Assembly: GCA_965662235.1 (NCBI GenBank)
Contig: CBFIGY010000039.1
Location: 1-24,640 of the forward strand
Source: an uncultured bacterium
Lineage (GTDB): Bacteria; SAR324; NAC60-12
Direction of reading: 5' to 3'
DNA: 24,640 nucleotides
Both the position numbers and the translations under genes were made by a program. Below are positions 17,936 through 24,640 of this stretch, piece after piece; within the stretch, counting starts at the first letter, position 1, and each line of letters starts with the position of its first letter. Under the pieces are notes generated by a model. That model saw only the letters and a list, made by a program, of their open reading frames with translations. It was not told the origin of the DNA and made no database searches.

Positions 17936-19231
17936 TTGGAGGAAAACCGACTTTTTGATGGATGGGAGCGCGCCCTGCTGCTCTCAGTACAGCTTCCCGA
18001 ACAGACCCCCGAAGACGTCCAGCACTCCCTGGAAGAGCTCCGCTTGCTGGTGGAATCCCTGGAGTGCACGGTTGTTGACCAGATCGTCCAAACCCGTTCC
18101 CAGATCCACCCCGCCTTGTTTTTTGGCAAGGGCAAGATGCAGGAGATCAAGAACGCCAAGCATCGCCTTGAGGCCAACGCCGTCATTGTGGACCGTTCCC
18201 TGAGCCCGAAGCAGGTGCAGAACCTGGAGCGCGAGCTGAAGTGTCCGGTGCTGGACCGGACCCAGGTCATCTTGGAAATCTTTGCCCGCAACGCCCGTTC
18301 CCGAGCGGCTCAGCTGCAGATCCGCTTGGCTCAGTCCGAATACCTCTTCCCCCGACTGGTTGGCCTCTGGAAGCACCTGGACCGAGAGCGGGGAGGAATT
18401 GGCGTCTCGCGGGGAACCGGGGAGAAGCAGATTGAGAAGGACCGCCAGTACCTGCGCAAGCGCATCAACACGCTCAAGGAGGACCTGCGGCGGCTGGAAC
18501 GGGAACGGGACACCCAGAAGAAACGGCGCTCCCACTGCCTGCGGGTCAGTCTGGTGGGCTACACGAATGCCGGCAAGTCGACCATCATGAATGCGCTGAC
18601 CAACGCCCAGCTGATTGCAGAGGACCGGCTGTTTGCCACCCTCGACTCCACCACGCGGCTGCTGGAGGAGGGCATCCGGCCCAAGATCTTGCTTTCCGAC
18701 ACCGTTGGGTTCATCCGGAACCTCCCCACCGAACTTGTGGCCGCCTTCCGGTCCACCTTGGAAACGGTTCGAGACGCCGACCTTCTGCTCCACGTGGTGG
18801 ATGCCAGTGGCGATTATGAGGAACACATCCAAACCACCCTAGGAGTGCTGGATGACCTCGGAGCCAACTGCATCCCGGTGCTGCTCGTGTTCAACAAGAT
18901 TGATCGGCTGGACCCCATTGAGCTGGCCTTGCTGCGTCACCGGTTTCCCGACGCCGCATTTGTCTCCGCCCTGGATGAGGGAATTTCCCGGCTGCAGGAC
19001 CGCATTCGGGAATTTTTTGAGCAGCGCATGCAGACCGTCACGGTGCAGCTCGACTACCGTCAGTCTCAGCAGCTTTCGGAGATCTACGAGTGGAGCCGAG
19101 TGGATGAGATCGACTATGAAGAGCAGGGCATCCGGCTCCGTTTGACGACCCTGCCGGGCTACCTCAACCGGCTCCGGTCCCGCCTGGCCCCTCACTTCAA
19201 GGAGCTGCCGGCCGAGGAACTGGTCGCATGA
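17936..19231 (+). CDS. hflX: Ribosome-splitting GTPase HflX
   Basis: DRTQVILEIFARNA, G1 GYTNAGKS, G2 LFATLDST, G3 DTVGF, G4 NKID; TTG start after AGAGG. Confidence 0.96.
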   Translation: MEENRLFDGWERALLLSVQLPEQTPEDVQHSLEELRLLVESLECTVVDQIVQTRSQIHPALFFGKGKMQEIKNAKHRLEANAVIVDRSLSPKQVQNLERELKCPVLDRTQVILEIFARNARSRAAQLQIRLAQSEYLFPRLVGLWKHLDRERGGIGVSRGTGEKQIEKDRQYLRKRINTLKEDLRRLERERDTQKKRRSHCLRVSLVGYTNAGKSTIMNALTNAQLIAEDRLFATLDSTTRLLEEGIRPKILLSDTVGFIRNLPTELVAAFRSTLETVRDADLLLHVVDASGDYEEHIQTTLGVLDDLGANCIPVLLVFNKIDRLDPIELALLRHRFPDAAFVSALDEGISRLQDRIREFFEQRMQTVTVQLDYRQSQQLSEIYEWSRVDEIDYEEQGIRLRLTTLPGYLNRLRSRLAPHFKELPAEELVA

Positions 19232-20064
19232 AGCCAGTGGTACGGGTCGGGGTCGCTCAGGTGAACGCGCATGGGGACCTTGCGGAAAATTTGGCGGTCG
19301 CCGAGAAGCTTCTGCAGCAAGCCGCCCACGAAGGGGTGGAGCTGATTGCGTTTCCGGAGATGTTTCTGCACCTCAGCGCAGACCGGGACGACAAGTTTGC
19401 CGTTGCCGAGCCGGTGGACGGTCCCCTGGTGCAGCAGTTTCAGCAGTGGGCCCAGCGCTTCAACCTCTCCATCCTGATGGGCAGCCACTACGAGCCCATC
19501 CCGGAGGATCCGGAGCGGCTGTACAACACGTCGGTCTTCATTGACCGCACCGGTGTGGTGCAGGCCGTTTACCGGAAGATCCACCTCTTTGATGTCCCCA
19601 CGCTGGATGTCCTGGAATCGTCCCTCATTGCCCCGGGTCAGGAGCCCGTGGTGGTGGAACACGAGCTGGCCTGTCTGGGCCTCAGCATCTGCTACGACCT
19701 CCGCTTCCCAGAACTGTACCGGCACCTTGCCGGCGCCGGAGCAGAGATCCTGTTGGTGCCGGCCGCCTTTTACCTTGAGACCGGGAAGGACCACTGGCTT
19801 CCGCTCCTGCAGGCCCGCGCCATTGAAAATCAGGCCTACGTCCTTGCGCCCGCCCAGTGGGGGTGGCACTACGGCTCCCGCCGCTCCTTTGGAAACTCCG
19901 TCATCATCGACCCGTGGGGAACCCTCTTGGCGACGGCTCCAGAAGCCACCACGCTCATCACCGCACGTCTGGAACATGAACGGCTGCAAGCCGTCCGGGA
20001 ACGCGTCCCGGCGTGGCAGCACCGACGTCCACACCTCTATCCCATTCCTCACTCTTCCAACTGA
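19228..20064 (+). CDS. Carbon-nitrogen hydrolase (Nit1/deaminated glutathione amidase-like)
   Basis: Catalytic triad motifs FPEMF, YRKIHLFD, SICYDLRFPE; ARAIENQ; ATGA overlap with hflX. Confidence 0.92.
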   Translation: MKPVVRVGVAQVNAHGDLAENLAVAEKLLQQAAHEGVELIAFPEMFLHLSADRDDKFAVAEPVDGPLVQQFQQWAQRFNLSILMGSHYEPIPEDPERLYNTSVFIDRTGVVQAVYRKIHLFDVPTLDVLESSLIAPGQEPVVVEHELACLGLSICYDLRFPELYRHLAGAGAEILLVPAAFYLETGKDHWLPLLQARAIENQAYVLAPAQWGWHYGSRRSFGNSVIIDPWGTLLATAPEATTLITARLEHERLQAVRERVPAWQHRRPHLYPIPHSSN

Positions 20065-20082
20065 TTGATCCGCCAGCTTCTC

Positions 20083-21366
20083 ATGGATAAATTTTATGTT
20101 GAAGGGGGTGTCCCCCTGCAGGGACAACTGACCCCCTCCGGAAACAAAAACGAGGCCCTCCCCGTCTTGGCCGCAACCCTCTTGACTGAGCAAACCGTCC
20201 GTCTCCGGAACGTCCCTGAGATTCTGGACATTGCCACCATGCGGGAGCTGCTGGTGAGCCTAGGGGCTCGGGTGGAGCCGTGCGGGGATCACGCCTACGA
20301 GTTTGAAGCCCGGAGCATCCTCGGGCACGCCCCCGAATTCACCAAGGCGGCCCGCATCCGGGGTTCCTTCCTCCTGGCAGGTCCGATGCTCGCCCGCTTT
20401 GGGCAGATCTCCCTGCCGGTTCCTGGAGGCGACCAGATTGGGCTGCGTCCGGTTCAGACCCACCTGCTGGCGCTCCGGGACCTAGGCGCCCGCATTGACG
20501 TCGAAGGGGGCATTTACCGGATGACCACCGACGGCCTCAAGGGAACCGCCATCCAGCTGGATGAAGCCAGCGTCATGGCCACAGAAAATGCCGTCATGGC
20601 CGCAGTACTGGCAGAGGGCGAAACAGAAATCTACAACGCGGCCTGCGAGCCACACGTTCAGGGCCTGTGCCGCCTCTTGGTGCGCATGGGCGCCCACATT
20701 GACGGCATTGGCACCAACTGCCTGCGCATCCAGGGCGTCTCCACCCTCAACGGAGCCGACTACGCCATTCAGCCCGACCACATTGAGGTGGGCTCCTTCA
20801 TTGGGCTGGCGGCCATGACCCGTGGGGAAATCTGCATCAAAGACGCTGGTGTTGAGCACCTCCGGATGGTCCGCCTGATGTTTGAGCGTCTTGGCGTGAC
20901 CACCCGCATCGAAGGCAACGACCTCTGGGTCCCTGGTGAGCAGGACCTGCTGGTGCGTCCCGACACCCCCGGTGGTATCCCGAAAATTGATGATGGCCCC
21001 TGGCCTGCGTTTCCGGCTGACCTGACGAGCATCATGACCGTCACGGCCACTCAGTCTCGCGGAGCAGTGCTGATCTTTGAGAAGATGTTTGAGAGTCGCC
21101 TGTTCTGGGTGGACAAGCTCATTTCCATGGGTGCCCAGATCATTCTGTGCGATCCCCACCGTGCCGTCGTTTCTGGTCCCTCACCGCTCCATGCGGCCAA
21201 GGTGACCTCTCCGGACATTCGGGCAGGCATGTCTCTGTTGCTTGCGGCCCTGACGGCTCAGGGAACCACCGAAATCGGTAACGTTTCTCAAATTGATCGC
21301 GGATATGAGTGCATTGAGCACCGCCTCAACGCCGTCGGCGCCCGCATCCGTCGTGTGAAGGAATAG
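20083..21366 (+). CDS. murA: UDP-N-acetylglucosamine 1-carboxyvinyltransferase
   Basis: SGNKNEALP, RGSFLLAGPMLARFG, PGGDQIGLRP, SVMATEN, NAACEP, FPADL, EKMFESR, DIRAG, IDRGYE. Confidence 0.96.
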   Translation: MDKFYVEGGVPLQGQLTPSGNKNEALPVLAATLLTEQTVRLRNVPEILDIATMRELLVSLGARVEPCGDHAYEFEARSILGHAPEFTKAARIRGSFLLAGPMLARFGQISLPVPGGDQIGLRPVQTHLLALRDLGARIDVEGGIYRMTTDGLKGTAIQLDEASVMATENAVMAAVLAEGETEIYNAACEPHVQGLCRLLVRMGAHIDGIGTNCLRIQGVSTLNGADYAIQPDHIEVGSFIGLAAMTRGEICIKDAGVEHLRMVRLMFERLGVTTRIEGNDLWVPGEQDLLVRPDTPGGIPKIDDGPWPAFPADLTSIMTVTATQSRGAVLIFEKMFESRLFWVDKLISMGAQIILCDPHRAVVSGPSPLHAAKVTSPDIRAGMSLLLAALTAQGTTEIGNVSQIDRGYECIEHRLNAVGARIRRVKE

Positions 21367-21407
21367 CCGCCCTCCCCCTTCTTTTCCCCTCTGGAACCTC
21401 CTCCTCT

Positions 21408-21440
21408 GCCCCCGATCTCCGGGGGCTGTTACAATTTTTC
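21408..21440 (+). terminator. Probable terminator after murA
   Basis: GCCCCCG-atctc-CGGGGGC 7-bp stem followed by TGTTACAATTTTTC. Confidence 0.5.
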
Positions 21441-21472
21441 TGAAAAATTTCTTTTCATTTGAAAAATTTCTT
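21433..21472. repeat. Palindrome plus 13-bp direct repeat (probable regulator-binding sites)
   Basis: AATTTTTC-T-GAAAAATT (21433-21449); TGAAAAATTTCTT at 21441-21453 and 21460-21472. Confidence 0.6.
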
Positions 21473-21559
21473 ATTTAATCTGCCCTTCAGGTGGGAGGTT
21501 CTTCTGTGAGAGAAGCCTCCCGGTTGATTCCTTTTTTCTTTCCACAGGGGGATTTTCAC

Positions 21560-22741
21560 ATGGATATGAACAACCACCGGATGCGGTTCGGGGTGTTTCT
21601 TGCGCCTTTTCACAAACCCGGCATCAACCCAACGCTGGCCATTCACAACGACTTGGAGCTGGTGCAGTGGCTAGACCGCTGTGGCTACGATGAGGCGTGG
21701 ATTGGTGAGCACCACTCGGCTGGCTCCGAGATCATTGCCAGCCCAGAGATCTTCATGTCAGCGGCGGCTCAGCACACCCGGAACATCAAGCTCGGGACCG
21801 GAGTCGTCAGTGTCTCTTACCACAACCCACTCTGGGTGGCCGAGCGACTGGTCATGCTGGATCACCTGACCCGGGGACGCGTCATGCTGGGGATGGGTCC
21901 GGGATCGCTCCCCACCGACGGAGCAATGATTGGCCTGTCTCAGTCTCAAACCCGGGGCCTGCTGGAGCAGGGGCTGGACATCATCATGCAGCTGTTGACG
22001 TCTGAAAAACCGGTGACGTTCAAGAACGACCGCTGGGAGCTGAATGACGCCCGCTTGCACCTGCGGCCTTACTCCAACCCGCTCTTTGACATCTCTGTTG
22101 CCGCCGTTGCCTCTCCGACAGGACCGAAGCTCGCAGGCCGTCACGGCATTGGACTGCTCTCCATTGGAGCCACCACAGCAGCCGGCTTTGACGCCCTGGC
22201 GCTGCATTGGAATGTCATGGAGGAGCAGGCTCAGTACTATGGCACCTCGGTCAACCGCTCCAAGTGGCGGCTGGTGGGACTGGTGCACATTGCCGAGACG
22301 CTGGACCAGGCGTACCGTGATGTGGAGTATGGGATTGAGCAGTGGTTTGACTACTTCCAGGCGGTGGCCGCGTTCCCGCAGATGGCGGTGCCGGGCAACA
22401 ACATCAAGGAGATGATCGAGTTCATCAACGAGTCTGGCTTTGGAGCAATCGGAACCCCGGACATGTGTGTGAAGCAGATCGACCGCCTGTGGGATCAGTC
22501 CAACGGCGGCTTTGGGGCCTACCTGATGCTGGCGCACAACTGGGCGAATCCGGAAGCCACCAAGAAGAGCTACGAGCTGATTGCCCGACACGTCATGCCG
22601 CAGTTCCAGGGGCAGGCGCATTCGACCAGCCAGGCCGCCGACCGAGCACGCAGTGCCCGTCCTGAACTGGCTGCCGTCCACTCCAAAGCGGTGGAAGTGG
22701 CGACCCAGAAGTATCAGGATGAGGTCACCGCCCGGAGCTAA
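21560..22741 (+). CDS. LLM-class (luciferase-like) flavin-dependent monooxygenase, limonene 1,2-monooxygenase LimB-like
   Basis: RFGVFLAPFH...NPTLA...GYDEAWIGEHHSAG...IKLGTGV...DHLTRGR...GPGSLPTD; SD AGGGGG before ATG 21560. Confidence 0.9.
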   Translation: MDMNNHRMRFGVFLAPFHKPGINPTLAIHNDLELVQWLDRCGYDEAWIGEHHSAGSEIIASPEIFMSAAAQHTRNIKLGTGVVSVSYHNPLWVAERLVMLDHLTRGRVMLGMGPGSLPTDGAMIGLSQSQTRGLLEQGLDIIMQLLTSEKPVTFKNDRWELNDARLHLRPYSNPLFDISVAAVASPTGPKLAGRHGIGLLSIGATTAAGFDALALHWNVMEEQAQYYGTSVNRSKWRLVGLVHIAETLDQAYRDVEYGIEQWFDYFQAVAAFPQMAVPGNNIKEMIEFINESGFGAIGTPDMCVKQIDRLWDQSNGGFGAYLMLAHNWANPEATKKSYELIARHVMPQFQGQAHSTSQAADRARSARPELAAVHSKAVEVATQKYQDEVTARS

Positions 22742-22750
22742 TCCTTCCTT

Positions 22751-22767
22751 GGGAACACTCGGTTCCC
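22751..22767. terminator. Hairpin between convergent genes
   Basis: GGGAAC-actcg-GTTCCC in the 27-nt gap between two stop codons. Confidence 0.4.
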
Positions 22768-22768
22768 G

Positions 22769-23056
22769 TTAACTCTTCAAGATGGAGTGCGAGCGCTTGG
22801 CGCTGGAGACCAGGGTCAGAGACCGGCGGTTTCCTCGCAGGCGCCAGTGCTCCATGAACTCATCCATCACATCCACTGCTTCCGTCCACAGCACCTCCTC
22901 CGCCATCAGCGTCAGATTGGATCCGTCGGCATACAGAGCAATTTTCTGCTTGGGCCAGATTTCTTGAAAGATGAGGCGGGCCGTTTCCTCGGAAACCGGC
23001 TCTTCAAAGAGGAAGGAAACATTGATTGTTTCAAGAGGCACTTCTGTTTGAGCCAT
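22769..23056 (-). CDS. Hypothetical protein (95 aa)
   Basis: ATG start, protein-like acidic alpha/beta composition, fills the gap between flanking genes; no recognised motif. Confidence 0.65.
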   Translation of the reverse strand: MAQTEVPLETINVSFLFEEPVSEETARLIFQEIWPKQKIALYADGSNLTLMAEEVLWTEAVDVMDEFMEHWRLRGNRRSLTLVSSAKRSHSILKS

Positions 23057-23224
23057 CGTGGGGTCCAGAGAGAGGAAGAACAGGGCAACCTGCCTGAATC
23101 AGGTCCTTCACTGTAGCAAGGCTTGCGCCGGGAAAGAAGTCAGAAGCACCGGGGGCCGCAACACCGAGGGATCCCGGGAGCATTCCTGACTGCGCCTCTA
23201 GGCGATCAAGCTCCGGAAAACGGA

Positions 23225-23767
23225 TCAGCAGCCTGAAAACTCAACCTGAGGCGCTTCCTCGGTTCCCCAATGCGTGTTGCACAGCTGAGCCCGGCGAAAG
23301 TCCGCATGCAGGAAGGAAGCTCGGTAGAGAACCGCGCCTGTCAGATTCGCCCCTCCTAGGTCACTGTGGTTGAGGTTCGCATTGCCCAGGTAAGCCTGCA
23401 GCAGATTGGCTTTCTGGAGGTCCGCTCGCTTCAGGTCGGCCAGCCGGAGGTTCGCTTCCTTCAGGTTGGCCTCAATCAGGTTCGCCTGACTCAGATCCGC
23501 TCCATCCAGCTGGGCTCCTTCCAGGCTCGCTCCAGACAGATTGGCGTAACTCAGATCCGCCCAGCTGAGGTCAGCGCCGTTGAGCAGGGCAGCCGTCAGG
23601 TCCTGCCCCCTGAGGTTGGCCCCTTTGAGATCACACCCCGGACACTGTTTGCTGGCCAGAAGGCTCTCCAGATCCGCACGGTCAAAGGCTGACACCGGCT
23701 CTGGAGTCAGAAAGAGCAGGGCACTCGTAAACAGACTGATCCCGAAGAATCGAAGGGGAGGAGGCAT
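23225..23767 (-). CDS. Exported pentapeptide-repeat protein
   Basis: Signal peptide, cap LLASKQCPGCDL, then about 20 A(D/N)Lxx repeats. Confidence 0.93.
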   Translation of the reverse strand: MPPPLRFFGISLFTSALLFLTPEPVSAFDRADLESLLASKQCPGCDLKGANLRGQDLTAALLNGADLSWADLSYANLSGASLEGAQLDGADLSQANLIEANLKEANLRLADLKRADLQKANLLQAYLGNANLNHSDLGGANLTGAVLYRASFLHADFRRAQLCNTHWGTEEAPQVEFSGC

Positions 23768-23818
23768 GAGACCGTTTTCACAAAGCGATTGAATTCAAAA
23801 ACTTTAAAATAGACGGCC

Positions 23819-23827
23819 ATTTTACCA
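23819..23827 (-). promoter_or_regulatory. Extended -10 for the pentapeptide gene
   Basis: Minus strand TGGTAAAAT (TGnTAAAAT) about 50 nt upstream of ATG 23767. Confidence 0.5.
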
Positions 23828-23845
23828 CACCCCCTCTTCAGGCTT

Positions 23846-23882
23846 AAAACGGAAAACATCCTCCTCCAAGCTGAGGAGGACG
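23846..23882 (-). terminator. Intrinsic terminator, minus strand
   Basis: Minus strand CGTCCTCCTC-agcttg-GAGGAGGATG (10 bp, one G-U) followed directly by TTTTCCGTTTT. Confidence 0.65.
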
Positions 23883-24040
23883 CCTTCCCAAGAGGTCTGT
23901 TCGTCCACACACCCGTGGAAAACACCTCTGCCACACCCGTGTACAGCTGAACCTTCGCCCTGTCTCTCATCATCCTGATCCAACTGATGAGGCAACCTCC
24001 GACCAAGGCTTGTGTTCCCCCAACTGATTTCATCCCAAAA
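23846..24040 (-). ncRNA. Candidate GGA-rich small RNA (Csr/Rsm-like); 5' end approximate
   Basis: 10 GGA motifs in about 190 nt on the minus strand, a hairpin with two loop GGAs, a 3' terminator and no convincing ORF; no clear promoter found. Confidence 0.3.
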
Positions 24041-24122
24041 CAGAAATAACTCGATTGTGCCGTCTTTTTTTGATCTGATTCAGCAAATCCCGTAGAAACC
24101 TCTCAAACGCAATTTACTAACT

Positions 24123-24135
24123 CAATGAATTGATA
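24123..24135 (-). promoter_or_regulatory. IHF consensus site
   Basis: Minus strand TATCAATTCATTG matches WATCAANNNNTTR exactly, with an A-tract (AAAAAA) just 5' of it, in AT-rich intergenic DNA. Confidence 0.55.
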
Positions 24136-24344
24136 AGTTTTTTCGGAGAATTTGCGTTTCACCATCACTCGCCAAGGCGAACATGAGAAACCGGAAGGGA
24201 CCGGTGGGTGGAGGCGCAAGGCCGATGGATCCGATCGTTCCCTCCGGCAAGACACTAAACCGATCCATTTACGCTCCGTCGCTTTATCATTCTAAAAGGA
24301 GGCACCAATGCCCTCGTCGACCTCACCCCTATCACACGACGACC

Positions 24345-24626
24345 TCAGGCTGCATGCTCAGTTTGCTCCACGCACTGCTGCTCCAGGTACTCGTGCAGGA
24401 AGGCATCAGGGTGAGCAGAATAAAACCCCTCAGTGCAGCGCCGCTCGGCCTCATGAATTTCACTGGGGTTCCCGCAGCTGGGGCGATACCCCAAGTCGGA
24501 AGGGGCACGCTGCAGCAGGCGTTGAACCGTGCGAAGGGAAATACCGCACGCCTCAGCCACCTTGGATTGACTCCAGCTTTTCTGTCGGAGAGCGTGAACT
24601 CGTTCACGGATCGCTAGTGGAGTCAT
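24345..24626 (-). pseudogene. IS630-family transposase N-terminal (HTH) remnant
   Basis: IRERV...SQSKVAEACGISLRTVQRLLQR...GNPS...HPDAFLHEY resembles the IS630/Tc1 HTH region; stops after 93 aa with no DDE domain downstream. Confidence 0.65.
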
Positions 24627-24640
24627 CTTGCACCAAAATG

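Noticed and set aside
23280..23640. Periodic DNA repeats as a possible CRISPR or tandem array
   Set aside because: Explained by 15-nt pentapeptide codon periodicity; I saw no CRISPR array, cas gene, tRNA or rRNA in the window.
23780..23806. Minus-strand TAAAGTTT as a second sigma-28 promoter
   Set aside because: No GCCGATAA-like -10 at 11-nt spacing (CGCTTTGT instead).
23984..24005. CTGATGAG resembling a hammerhead ribozyme core
   Set aside because: The required GAAA after stem II is absent (CGACC follows), and I could not build stems I and III.
23707..24033. 108-aa minus-strand ORF
   Set aside because: It crosses a terminator and a promoter, overlaps the pentapeptide gene start and has no recognisable protein features.
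24047..24063. Minus-strand CGGCAC as a sigma-54 promoter near the IHF site
   Set aside because: No TTGC/GC at the -12 position.
24082..24240. GCAAA...GAAA...ACGCAA and GGCGCAAGGCC, resembling a c-di-GMP-I riboswitch
   Set aside because: The arms around GAAA do not pair and the P2/P3 spacing does not fit.

Overview
GC-rich bacterial chromosomal window from a Gram-negative, flagellated organism; the flagellin and FecR/barrel styles suggest a SAR324-like deltaproteobacterium, but that is inference only. In order: the 3' part of an MdlA-like ABC exporter; a gentisate-pathway cluster (MFS transporter and MarR regulator, divergent from 3-hydroxybenzoate 6-monooxygenase, maleylpyruvate isomerase and gentisate 1,2-dioxygenase, with no fumarylpyruvate hydrolase in the window); a fused indolepyruvate:ferredoxin oxidoreductase; a DUF3187-like outer-membrane protein; a DUF4864-like protein; a CurA-like reductase; a FecR-domain plus outer-membrane barrel pair divergent from an orphan, divergent flagellin with a near-perfect sigma-28 promoter and a CsrA-type leader; a second GST-zeta (maiA); hflX-nitrilase-murA (Asp-type MurA, predicted fosfomycin-insensitive); a LimB-like flavin monooxygenase; a small hypothetical; and a secreted pentapeptide-repeat protein. 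The window ends in a ~540-nt noncoding region with a GGA-rich candidate sRNA, a terminator and an IHF consensus site, followed by an IS630-like transposase remnant. Best leads: the candidate Csr/Rsm-like sRNA with the flagellin CsrA site, and the FecR/barrel pair with duplicated C-x21-C modules. All family assignments come from motif recognition, not database searches.
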